DNA of 64,000 nt from Actinomycetes bacterium (lineage in GTDB: Bacteria; Actinomycetota; CALGFH01): contig DASYUT010000265.1 in assembly GCA_036000965.1 (NCBI GenBank), positions 24,555 through 88,554 on the forward strand, given 5' to 3'. The number at the start of each line of letters is the position of its first letter. Positions within the stretch are counted from its first letter, which is position 1. Below are positions 42,733-51,146 of this stretch, piece after piece. Below the pieces are notes generated by a model. It made no database searches, was not told the origin of the DNA, and was given only the letters and a program-made list of their open reading frames with translations. A program made the translations under genes and the position numbers.

Positions 42733-45210
42733 TCACTCCGCCCAGGTTCGAGCGAGCGACTGCAGGGCCTCGACAGCCGGGCCGACATCGATCTGCTGCT
42801 CACCCTCCTGCCCGGCCGGGACGAGGGGGAGGAGCATCTGATGGGCGGGGCGGAGCGCCGTTCCGAGGTCGGCGGGGGTCAGGCCGCGGCGTGCCACCGC
42901 CCAGGATGCCACCAACGCCTCGATCCCGACGACCACCCATGCACTCTGGAGCAGCCGCTCCGCCTCGGCCAGCGCATGGGGCGCGAGACCGGCGACATCC
43001 TCCACCCCTTCCGCGAGCTGCCCGTGGTAGTGGGGGGTGACCGGCATCGCCGCGATCGACGAGGTTGCGACGTGGGCGGCGACGATGTAGCTGAGGTTGA
43101 GGAACTGGGCTCCGCCCGAGGCGCCCGCCTCGGCGGCCAGTCCCATGGGAAGGCCGCTGAAGCTCGACCAGTGCAGCTTGTGGGTTCGTTCCGCGCTCGC
43201 CCGAAGCGCCTTGGCCAGCGCCAGCCTGAGCGCGTCCATGGTGATGGCGAGCAGCGTCGTCTCCGGGTTGCCGTGAGACACCAGCTCGCCGGTTGCCAAG
43301 TCGACCAGGGGGTTGTCGACCGTCGCGTTGAGCTCCCGCTCCCAGGTCTGCCAGGTCCAGGCGAGGGTCTCCCGGCCCGCGCCGCTCACCTGGGGGACGC
43401 AGCGGAAGCTGAGCGGGTCCTGGAGGAACCGCGGTTCGCCGGGTCGCCACAGGCGACTGCCCGCAAGCAGCCGGCGGAGCCGTTCCCCCGCCCACCGGTG
43501 GCCGGGCTGGGGGTGGGCCTGGTCGACGACGGCGCTCCATGCCTGCGGGTTGCCGCGGAAGCCCTCCAGCGCCAGCGCCGCGGCGATGTCCATGGCGATG
43601 AGGAGCCTGCGCGCCTCTGCCAGGACGAGCGCGCCGCGACCGAGGGTGAGGCTGTTGTTGTTGACGAGGGCCAGCGCCTCCTTCGGTGCGGGGGAAGCGG
43701 GCGCGGCCGGCGGCTGCTCCGGCCCGCGCCCGTCGCCCGCGAGCAGCGTGCCGCCACCGACCAGGGGCAGCGCCAGCTGCGCGAGCGCCACGAGGTCCGA
43801 GGCGCCCACCGAGCTGCCGAGGTCGACTGCTGGCAAGCGGTCGTCGCGCAGGTTGGCCAGCAACCATTCGACCAGCGCGGGCCGGACCCCGGAGCGCCCG
43901 CTGGCAAAGAGGTTCACCTGGATCGCCATGCAGGCGCGCACGAGCTCCGCCGGCGCCACGGGCCCGGGCGAGCGCGTGGCGTGTGCGTAGAGCAGCTGCC
44001 GGTTGAACTCCTGCAGCCGCTCCGTCTCGATCATGTAGTCCTTCTGGGAGCCCACCCCTGTCGTGGTGCCGTACGCCCGCACGCGCTGGTCCACGAGCTG
44101 CTCGACCACGGCTCGCCCCCGGGCGATCCGCTGCCACGCCGCTTGCGGGACCTCGACTGTGGCCGTGCCGCTGGCGATGCGTTCCACGTCGTCGATCCGA
44201 AGGCTCTCGCCGTCGAGCAGCACGGGAGCCGTGCTGGGACCGGCCTCGTCCAGGACGCCCTGCCGCGTCGGCATGGGGACCCTCCGCTTGGCCGCGTGCA
44301 TGAGGTGGAGCAGTAGCCGGATCACCGTGTCGGACGTCGTCTGGCCGACGTCCAGCGAGGGGAGGAGGCCGACGACGCAGACGCCGACGACCCTGCCGCG
44401 CGCCGAGAGGCCGCGCAGCAGGGCGGCTGCCTCGTGGAAGAGCAGGCCGCCCTGGCGTGGGCGGCTCGTCCCTGGCGCGATCGACGGGTCGAGGCCGTCC
44501 ACGTCCAGGGTGACGAGGAACCGCCCGCCTTCCGGAAGCCGGCCCAGCAGCCAGTCCACGCCGTGCATCCGCACGTCGACGGCGTCGACCAGCAGCGTGC
44601 CGGCGTCCCGGGCGTCCCGGGCGTCCCGGGCGTCCCGATGCGCCTCGATCTGGACGACATGGGGTGGCCCCGAGCCCTCGTAGGCTTGGAGCACGCACTG
44701 TGGGATGGAGCCGTCGCCGCCGAGCACGATCGGCACGACGTCGCGTTCGACGAGCGCATGGACCACCCGGGTCGTGCCTTCCCGCTGGAGGGCCGGGTCA
44801 CGCGGGTCGGCAGGGACGTCGCCGCAGTCCACGAGCGACACGGGGCCGCCGTCGAGGACGTCGCCGGCGTCGTGCGAGAGCAACCCCGCGAACCGCTGCG
44901 AGCGTCGTCGGAGCACCGCTGGGGCGTCGCAGGCGTCGGACCCGGCCCCGTGAGCGTCCGACCCGGCCACGTGTGCGTCCGACCCGGCCCCGTGAGCGTC
45001 CGATGCAGCCCCGTGTGCGTCAGACCTGGCCACGTGTGCATCCGATGCAGCCCCGTGTGCGTCGGACCTGGTCCCGTGCGCGTCGGACGGTGCTCCGCAG
45101 GGCGCTCCGACCACCGCGAAGCCGGTGGCCACGGTAGACGGGTCGTGGTGCGCCGGAGCATCGAGGAAGGTGCCCGCCTCCCGGCCAGGTGGCAGCAGGG
45201 TGATGGCCAT
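42733..45210 (-). CDS. Fusion ORF: arginase/formiminoglutamase-family ureohydrolase domain (N-terminal) + histidine/aromatic ammonia-lyase-family domain (C-terminal) with degenerate MIO motif
   Basis: N-terminal domain VPIVLGGDGSI...LVTLDVDGLDP (ureohydrolase). C-terminal domain with a HAL-like N-terminus (LLDGESLRIDDV...AYGTTTGVGSQKD), but SVGAS-D replaces the Ala-Ser-Gly MIO triad. No stop separates the domains. ATG at 45210 with GGAGGAAGG upstream. Confidence 0.55.
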   Translation of the reverse strand: MAITLLPPGREAGTFLDAPAHHDPSTVATGFAVVGAPCGAPSDAHGTRSDAHGAASDAHVARSDAHGAASDAHGAGSDAHVAGSDAHGAGSDACDAPAVLRRRSQRFAGLLSHDAGDVLDGGPVSLVDCGDVPADPRDPALQREGTTRVVHALVERDVVPIVLGGDGSIPQCVLQAYEGSGPPHVVQIEAHRDARDARDARDAGTLLVDAVDVRMHGVDWLLGRLPEGGRFLVTLDVDGLDPSIAPGTSRPRQGGLLFHEAAALLRGLSARGRVVGVCVVGLLPSLDVGQTTSDTVIRLLLHLMHAAKRRVPMPTRQGVLDEAGPSTAPVLLDGESLRIDDVERIASGTATVEVPQAAWQRIARGRAVVEQLVDQRVRAYGTTTGVGSQKDYMIETERLQEFNRQLLYAHATRSPGPVAPAELVRACMAIQVNLFASGRSGVRPALVEWLLANLRDDRLPAVDLGSSVGASDLVALAQLALPLVGGGTLLAGDGRGPEQPPAAPASPAPKEALALVNNNSLTLGRGALVLAEARRLLIAMDIAAALALEGFRGNPQAWSAVVDQAHPQPGHRWAGERLRRLLAGSRLWRPGEPRFLQDPLSFRCVPQVSGAGRETLAWTWQTWERELNATVDNPLVDLATGELVSHGNPETTLLAITMDALRLALAKALRASAERTHKLHWSSFSGLPMGLAAEAGASGGAQFLNLSYIVAAHVATSSIAAMPVTPHYHGQLAEGVEDVAGLAPHALAEAERLLQSAWVVVGIEALVASWAVARRGLTPADLGTALRPAHQMLLPLVPAGQEGEQQIDVGPAVEALQSLARTWAE
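44932..45085 (-). repeat. 21-bp in-frame tandem repeat x7 encoding (SDAHGAx)n inside the arginase-like N-terminal region
   Basis: gcgtccgacccggccccgtga and its variants are repeated consecutively. Confidence 0.75.
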
Positions 45211-45388
45211 CCTTCCTCCGTGCTGTCGAGGGTCAGGGAACGGGGACGTCGCCACCGTGCCAGATATTCTTGCGCCTCGGGGCCTCCGCCGAGCCGTGCC
45301 GGACCCCTCGAGGCTGCGCCGAGCGTGCCGGACGCCTCCGGGCCTCCCCGAGGCGTGCCCGACCACGCCGATGCCGGCGGACCGCCGG

Positions 45389-45886
45389 TCAGGCCGCCGG
45401 GTCGAGCGGCCGCAGCTCCTCGGCGTAGCTGACCGAGACGCGGCGCATGACGCCGTCGGCGCCGAACGCGTACTGCCCGAGCCGCCAGAGCGGTGGCGAG
45501 TAGGCGTGGATGGTCACGCCGCCCTCGCGCTCGCCGCTCATCCGGTGGATGTGGTCGGGCCCGAAGCAGAACGACTGCCCCTCGGGCACCACGGTGACCA
45601 CGTGCTCGCTGCCGAGCCGTGGGTTGCACTCGATGACGGCGCCTCGCACGACGCGGACCGCCCCCGAGGAGATGTCGTGGTCGTGCCACCCGGTATCACT
45701 GGTCCAGGTCCAGCAGAGCAGCCACACGTCCACGTGCTCGTCACGGTGCAGGGAGACGTAGTGGCGCTTCTCGTCGGAGAACGCGACGTGCTCGCTCCAA
45801 AGCTCAGGGCGAGCCGCCAGGTCGTCGACGAGCGCTCGGAGCTCGTGCTTGTCGAGGACTCGGGCGGGCAGTGTCTCCCAGGTCAT
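45389..45886 (-). CDS. Cysteine dioxygenase type I-like cupin (thiol dioxygenase family)
   Basis: 165-aa cupin with a His-rich metal site (HVDVWLLCWTWTSDTGWHDHDISSG...HIHRM). AAGGAG lies 8 nt upstream of the ATG at 45886. Confidence 0.6.
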   Translation of the reverse strand: MTWETLPARVLDKHELRALVDDLAARPELWSEHVAFSDEKRHYVSLHRDEHVDVWLLCWTWTSDTGWHDHDISSGAVRVVRGAVIECNPRLGSEHVVTVVPEGQSFCFGPDHIHRMSGEREGGVTIHAYSPPLWRLGQYAFGADGVMRRVSVSYAEELRPLDPAA

Positions 45887-46782
45887 CCCATGGCTCCTTG
45901 GAGGTCGAGAAACCGGGTCGGATTCGTGGTGCGGATGGCGTGCGCGGCCGCCGCGCCAAGGCCGGGGTCGCTGGGGAGCGCGTACGGCCGGTCCGAGCCG
46001 AGCACGACGGCGTCGACGCCGAGGACGCGGACCATGGCATCGACCGCACGCGTGCCATAGGAGGAGCTCTCGACGAAGACCTCCGGGTCCACCGTGCCCC
46101 GGTCGCCGCCGCGCGCCCGCAGGCGCTCGCCATGCAGGGGAGCGAGGCCGGCGAGCATCGCGAAGCAGACCCGCAGCCGCGGATGGCGTGGCCGACCGAA
46201 GGCCCGGAAGGCGAACCAGGCGGCATGCATCTGCTGCACGTACGGCACCAGCGCGGGCCACCAGGCTGGGGCTCGGCGCGCTGCCAGCGGGGCGGCGCCC
46301 GGGTGGACGAAGAGCGGGCGGCCGTGGGTCTCGAGCAGGTCGAGCAGCGAGGCGCACCGCTCGTACCCCTGCGCGTCGAGCACCGCGGTCGCGGGGAGCT
46401 GCAGCCCGACGCAGCCGCGGCCCAGTTCCTTGCCGGCCTGGGCGGGGTCGATCTCGCTCAGGCACACCGAAGCCCAGGACAGGAACGGCGTGGGCAGCGC
46501 GAGCACGCCGTCGTGGTAGGTGTCCAGCAGCGGCAGCGCCTCCTCTGGCGGAAGCCATTCGATGCCGAGCGGGCTGGACAGGGATACGAGGACGAGGTCG
46601 AGCCCGTCCTCGCTCGCCTGGGCCTGGCGGCAGGCGACGTCATGGTCGGCAGGATCGACGGCGAAGTCTGGCTGGCCGTCCAGGACGAGGGTCCAGCCGA
46701 CCATCCTCGGCGCGTGCCGACGGCTCCGCAACGCGTCGACGAGCGCGTCGGGCCAGAGGTGCTGATGGACGTCGACGCGCAT
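45883..46782 (-). CDS. Amidohydrolase family 2 protein
   Basis: N-terminal VDVHQHLWP, typical of amidohydrolase_2 (ACMSD-like). GAGGCGG upstream of the ATG at 46782. The stop overlaps the downstream start (ATGA). Confidence 0.75.
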   Translation of the reverse strand: MRVDVHQHLWPDALVDALRSRRHAPRMVGWTLVLDGQPDFAVDPADHDVACRQAQASEDGLDLVLVSLSSPLGIEWLPPEEALPLLDTYHDGVLALPTPFLSWASVCLSEIDPAQAGKELGRGCVGLQLPATAVLDAQGYERCASLLDLLETHGRPLFVHPGAAPLAARRAPAWWPALVPYVQQMHAAWFAFRAFGRPRHPRLRVCFAMLAGLAPLHGERLRARGGDRGTVDPEVFVESSSYGTRAVDAMVRVLGVDAVVLGSDRPYALPSDPGLGAAAAHAIRTTNPTRFLDLQGAMG

Positions 46783-46810
46783 GCGACCGCCTCGAGGTTG
46801 AGCGATGCAG

Positions 46811-46856
46811 TGAGGTTAAGCGATTCAGTGAATCGATTAAGTGAAGCGCTTAACCA
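46811..46856. promoter_or_regulatory. Cluster of LacI-type operator-like palindromes (AAGCGCTT, AATCGATT) in a divergent promoter
   Basis: gttaagcgattcagtgaatcgattaagtgaagcgcttaac lies in a locally AT-richer stretch between the amidohydrolase/CDO operon and the lacI-family gene. Confidence 0.45.
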
Positions 46857-46896
46857 CGGCGGCGTCAAGCCGCCGGAGGCCGGCTGGCGGCTCGCG

Positions 46897-47014
46897 GCAG
46901 GTGGGCCCCTGGCCGGACCACGCCGCAGCGGGGACAGGTGGCCTCCGGCCAGACCGGGCCGCAGCGGGGACAGGTGGCCTCCGGCCGGACCGGACCGCAG
47001 CGGGACAGGAATCC
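46897..47014. repeat. 36-bp tandem repeat x~3 (ccgcagcggggacaggtggcctccggccNgaccggN)
   Basis: Copies at 46923 and 46959, with partial copies at 46897 and 46995. Confidence 0.7.
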
Positions 47015-47053
47015 TTCCGGGTCGCGACCGGTCGTCTCAGGTAGCCTGTGTCC

Positions 47054-48082
47054 ATGTCGCGGCCACGCAAGCGAGTCACGATCCAGCAGGTCGCCGAGGC
47101 CGTCGGGTTGTCGGCCGCGGCTGTCTCCTACGCCCTGCGCGGAAGCCACGTCTCCAAGGAGACCGAGGAGCGTGTCCGGCGGGTGGCCACCGAGCTGGGC
47201 TACGAGGCACACCCGATCGCCCGCGCGCTGGCGAGCGGCCGCACGAGCATGGTGGGGGTGATCTCGGGCTCGCTGGAGGACCTGTGGCAGCAGCAGGTGA
47301 GCGTCGGCATCGGGCGCGAACTGCTGGCCCGCGACCTGTACGCGCTCATCGTGGACGCGGGGGGCGACCCGGAGCGCGAGCAGGCCCTGGCGCTGCAACT
47401 GCGCGACCAGAGCGTCGACGGTCTCATCCTGTCCCCGCTGGACCCCTCCGCGCCGCTCTGGGCGGACCTCGCCGAGACCCTGCCCGTGGTGGCCATCGGG
47501 GACTCCCTGCAGGGCGCGCGACCGACCGGCGAGGTGCTGTTCGACAACCGGGCGGGCGTGACGCTGGCGCTGGAGCACCTGCACCAGCTCGGGCACCGGC
47601 GCATCGCGGTGCTGACCTCGACCCAGCCCAGCACCCCGGACCGCCCGGCAGACACCTACGTGCTGGCCGAGGCGCGGCGGCTCGGTCTCGACGTCGCCGT
47701 GCGGACCGCGCCCCACTCCCTCGCCGAGGCCACCAAGGTGGCCAGGAAGGTGCTCTCCGCAAACAGCCGGCCCACCGCGCTGTTCTGCTTCTCCGACTCG
47801 ATCGCCTACGGCGGGTATGCGGCAGCCCGGGACCTCTCCCTGCGGATCCCCGCCGACCTGTCGATCACCGGGTACGACAACCACCCGGTGTCGTGCCTGC
47901 TGTCCCCGCCCCTGACGACCTTCGACTGGGACCGCGAGGGGATCATCCGCACGGCGGTCCAGCTCGTGGTCGCCGCCATCAACGGCAGGCCGCGCCGGCG
48001 CCGGGTCGTCAAGACACCCGTGCTGCACCTGCGAGGGTCCACCGGCGCGCCCCCTCGACCCGGACCACGCCGCCGCTCCTGA
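47054..48082 (+). CDS. LacI family transcriptional regulator
   Basis: N-terminal HTH VTIQQVAEAVGLSAAAVSYALRG and a periplasmic-binding-protein-like effector domain. Alternative GTG start at 47048. Confidence 0.8.
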   Translation: MSRPRKRVTIQQVAEAVGLSAAAVSYALRGSHVSKETEERVRRVATELGYEAHPIARALASGRTSMVGVISGSLEDLWQQQVSVGIGRELLARDLYALIVDAGGDPEREQALALQLRDQSVDGLILSPLDPSAPLWADLAETLPVVAIGDSLQGARPTGEVLFDNRAGVTLALEHLHQLGHRRIAVLTSTQPSTPDRPADTYVLAEARRLGLDVAVRTAPHSLAEATKVARKVLSANSRPTALFCFSDSIAYGGYAAARDLSLRIPADLSITGYDNHPVSCLLSPPLTTFDWDREGIIRTAVQLVVAAINGRPRRRRVVKTPVLHLRGSTGAPPRPGPRRRS

Positions 48083-48300
48083 CCAGCTGTCGTTCCTGAC
48101 CGGCCGCCGCTCCCGGCGGCCGCTCCTGACCAGCCGCCGCACCCGACCAGCCGCCGCACCCGACCAGCCGCCGCACCGGACTGGCCGCCGCACCCGACCA
48201 GCCGCCGCACCCGACCAGCCGCCGCACCGGACTGGCCGCCGCACCGGACTGGCCGTCGCACCCGACCAGCCGTCGCACCCGACCCGCCGCGGTTCCCGAC
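48077..48300. repeat. 17-bp tandem repeat array x~12 (gaccagccgccgcaccc) filling the convergent intergenic region
   Basis: Consecutive 17-bp units run from the lacI stop codon to just before the ADH stop. The unit is not a multiple of 3. Confidence 0.85.
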
Positions 48301-48316
48301 CGGGGACGAGACCAGG

Positions 48317-49474
48317 TCACGACGCGGGCACCGCGCCGGCGAGCACCGGATCGAGGATCGCGACCGTGCGCGCCGCCCCGTCGCCCCGGCGGAGGCGGTC
48401 GAACGCCGCCTCGAGGCCGTCGAGGTCGGTGAGGTCGGAGACCCCCGTGGCGAGGTCGAGCAGCCCGTCGGCCGCCAGGCGCGCGAGCTCGGCGACGTCC
48501 GCGGCCGGATCCCCGGACCCGTAGTAGGAGCCCTTGAGGCCCTTCTCGGCGAGCAGCTCGATCCCCGGGACCGCCACCTCCACCCCCTTGGGCACGATCC
48601 CCACCACCACCGCGGTGGCGCCAGGTCGGAGCAGGTCCCAGGCCAGCCGGACCGTTTCGGGCTGCCCGACCACCTCGAACGCGTGGTCGACGCCGACGCT
48701 CGTGAGCCCGAGCGTCGCCGCGACCGGGTCGTCGCGCACCGAGTCCAGCACGTGCGTCGCCCCGGCCGCCAGCGCACGCTCGAGCTTGGCGGGGTCGCGG
48801 TCGACGGCGACAATGGGGTCGGCCCGGGCCAGGCGCGCGCCCGCGACGACCTGCAGGCCGACGCCCCCGCAGCCCACCACCGCCACGCTCTCGCCGGGCT
48901 CCACGCGCGCGGCGTGACGCACCGCGCCGACGCCGGTCACCACACCGCAGCCGATCACGGCCGCCTGCCACAGCGGCAGGACCGGCGGGATCGGGACGGC
49001 CGAACCAGCCGGGACCACGCTGCGCTCGGCGAAGCACGAGACGAAGTTGAAGTGCTTGAGTGGCCGGCCGTCAAGGAGCGACAGGCGCGAGGTCCCGTCG
49101 AGCAGGGTCCCCGCCCAGGACCGGCCGGCCGCCGTCCGGCACAAGTTGCGCCGTCCCGCCAGGCACTCAGGGCAGGTGCCGCAGCTCGGCACGAAGCAGA
49201 ACGCCACCGGGTCACCGGGCGCCACATGACCGACTCCCGCGCCCACCTCCTCGACCACGCCCGAGCCCTCGTGGCCGAGCACGGTCGGCCAGCGCCCATC
49301 CCCGAGGTGCCCCTCGGCGAGGTGCAGGTCGGAGTGGCAGACCCCGGCCGCCGCGACGCGCACGAGCACCTCGCCGGCGCGCGGCGGTTCCAGCCGGACC
49401 TCCTCGACCACGAGGGGCCTCCGGGCCTCGTGCAGCACCGCTGCCCGCACCGTGCGGGTCTCGTGCGCCACCAC
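48317..49474 (-). CDS. Zinc-dependent alcohol dehydrogenase (class III / formaldehyde-dehydrogenase-like)
   Basis: GVCHSDLH, GHEGSG and the structural-zinc Cys cluster CGTCPEC, with Rossmann GCGGVG. The GTG start has GAGG upstream. Confidence 0.8.
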   Translation of the reverse strand: MVAHETRTVRAAVLHEARRPLVVEEVRLEPPRAGEVLVRVAAAGVCHSDLHLAEGHLGDGRWPTVLGHEGSGVVEEVGAGVGHVAPGDPVAFCFVPSCGTCPECLAGRRNLCRTAAGRSWAGTLLDGTSRLSLLDGRPLKHFNFVSCFAERSVVPAGSAVPIPPVLPLWQAAVIGCGVVTGVGAVRHAARVEPGESVAVVGCGGVGLQVVAGARLARADPIVAVDRDPAKLERALAAGATHVLDSVRDDPVAATLGLTSVGVDHAFEVVGQPETVRLAWDLLRPGATAVVVGIVPKGVEVAVPGIELLAEKGLKGSYYGSGDPAADVAELARLAADGLLDLATGVSDLTDLDGLEAAFDRLRRGDGAARTVAILDPVLAGAVPAS

Positions 49475-49480
49475 CGGACC

Positions 49481-50587
49481 TCAGCCGACCCGGTAGGGCT
49501 CGAGGGCCTCGAGGTCGGGGGTGACGCCGAGGCCGGCACCGGGCGGGGGCGCGATCGTGCCGTCGGCGGCGACCTCGACCGGCTCGGGCAGCAGCCAGTC
49601 GCGGCGCTCCGCGGACCACAGCGGTGGGTCGAGCGGCACCTCGACGTACGGGCAGGTCGAGACCGCGAGCGCAAGGTGGAGGTTGGCCACCAGCCCGAGA
49701 CCGTTGCTCCAGGTGTGCGGCGAGAACATCCTGCCGCACAGGCTCGCCAGGGCGGCGATCCGCCGGCACCCGGCGATCCCGCCGGCGAGCACGGCGTCGG
49801 GCTGGACGACGTCGACCCCGCCGCGCAGCACGAGGTCGCGCGCCTCGTGGAGGTGCCGGACCATCTCGCCGGCCGCGAGCCGCATCGACGTGCGGTGTCG
49901 CAGCGCCCTGTAGCCGTCGACGTCGTCGGTCCGCAGCGGCTCCTCGAGCCAGTAGACGCCCAGCCGCTCGAGCTGGGCCGCGCACTGCGCGGCCGTCGGC
50001 ACGTCCCACCGGGGCGTGACGTCGCCGGCCATGCGCCATCCCTGGTTGGCGTCGACCATCAGCTCCACCTGGGAGCCGAGCGCGTCGCGCACCGCCTCCA
50101 CCACCTCGAGGTCGCGCCGCCAGTCGTGGTGGAAGCGCAGCTTCACCGCGCGGATGCCTCGCTGCTGCAGCTCCTTGACCCGACGCACCCGCTCCTCGGG
50201 CTCCACCAGCTCGCCGGTGGACGCATAGGCCACCAGCCGCTCCGAGCGCCCCCCGAGCAGCTGCCACAGCGGCAGGCCGAGCGCCCGCCCGACCAGGTCC
50301 CAGACGGCCACCTCAACGGTCCACGGGCGACCGCCGTGGAAGTCCACGGTCTCGCACAGCTCGAGGACGCGCTCGGTCCGCCGCGGGTCCACGCCGACCA
50401 GCAGCGCCTCGAGCTGGCGGGCGTCGGGCAGGTGGCCGCCGCTCGCGTAGCCGGCGAGCCCGTCGTCGGCGCGCACCACCACGATGGTGGCGTCGAGCGC
50501 CGCGCGGGGCGCCGGGTCCCAGGCGGCCCGGAACGCCGGCTCGAGCCGCGCGCGGTAGCGGCGGGTCTCGACGGCCGCGATGCGCAC
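49481..50587 (-). CDS. Enolase-superfamily enzyme (mandelate racemase / muconate lactonizing enzyme family)
   Basis: The MR/MLE N-terminal and C-terminal barrel domains carry conserved metal ligands (KLRFHHDW...VDANQGW...EEP...). GTG at 50587. Confidence 0.75.
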   Translation of the reverse strand: MRIAAVETRRYRARLEPAFRAAWDPAPRAALDATIVVVRADDGLAGYASGGHLPDARQLEALLVGVDPRRTERVLELCETVDFHGGRPWTVEVAVWDLVGRALGLPLWQLLGGRSERLVAYASTGELVEPEERVRRVKELQQRGIRAVKLRFHHDWRRDLEVVEAVRDALGSQVELMVDANQGWRMAGDVTPRWDVPTAAQCAAQLERLGVYWLEEPLRTDDVDGYRALRHRTSMRLAAGEMVRHLHEARDLVLRGGVDVVQPDAVLAGGIAGCRRIAALASLCGRMFSPHTWSNGLGLVANLHLALAVSTCPYVEVPLDPPLWSAERRDWLLPEPVEVAADGTIAPPPGAGLGVTPDLEALEPYRVG

Positions 50588-50605
50588 CCTCAGTCACCCC
50601 CACCC

Positions 50606-51127
50606 TCAGTCGCCCCCGTAGAAGGGCGTGCTCGCGGCCTCGCGGCGCGCCGCCAGCGCGGTGACCTCCTCTGCAGAGGGAGGCCGCAGCGCGTCGGCGA
50701 GCGCGCGGAAGGTGGCGCTGCGGCTGGCCTTGCGGACCGCGGTCTCGTCGTGGGCGGCGGGGTCGATCCAGACCGCGACGAGCAGCAGCAGCTCGGCCGC
50801 GTCACCAGGGTCGACCATCCCCTCGGCGACCGCGTCGAGCACGCCCTGGGCGATTCCGAGCTGGGCCGCGCCCCAGACGAGCCGGGACTGGGCCTGGTCC
50901 TCGAGCGGCGCCTTGTTCACGACCACGGTGGTGGGGCGCACCATCGCCCCACGCTCGAGGCAGGCGATGAACGGCAGGTGCCCGGGGCGCGGCGAAGCGA
51001 GCGCGGCCGCCACCGCGGCGCCCGTGGCCGAGCCGCGACGGGCCGCGACGACGTTGACGTGGCTGCCGTTGGGGTCCTCGCCGGCCCAGCCCTCGCCGAT
51101 GCGCCCGTCCACGGGGTCGGTGCCCAT
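50606..51127 (-). CDS. Formaldehyde-activating enzyme (Fae) family protein
   Basis: Collinear similarity to Fae: GEGWAGEDPNGSHVNVV...RGS, LDAVAEG and a C-terminal TPFY. The ATG is preceded by GGAGG, created by a 19-bp duplication of the upstream gene's end. Confidence 0.6.
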   Translation of the reverse strand: MGTDPVDGRIGEGWAGEDPNGSHVNVVAARRGSATGAAVAAALASPRPGHLPFIACLERGAMVRPTTVVVNKAPLEDQAQSRLVWGAAQLGIAQGVLDAVAEGMVDPGDAAELLLLVAVWIDPAAHDETAVRKASRSATFRALADALRPPSAEEVTALAARREAASTPFYGGD

Positions 51128-51146
51128 CACGCCTCCTTCACCGGGG

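Noticed and set aside
42733-45366. Start of the arginase/HAL fusion at 45366
   Set aside because: The upstream 52 codons lack an RBS. The ATG at 45210 has GGAGGAAGG immediately upstream, so the shorter start is preferred.
48077-48300. Possible CRISPR array
   Set aside because: The units are contiguous 17-bp tandem repeats with no unique spacers and no cas genes, so this is a VNTR-type array rather than CRISPR. The same reasoning applies to the 23-bp and 16-bp arrays.
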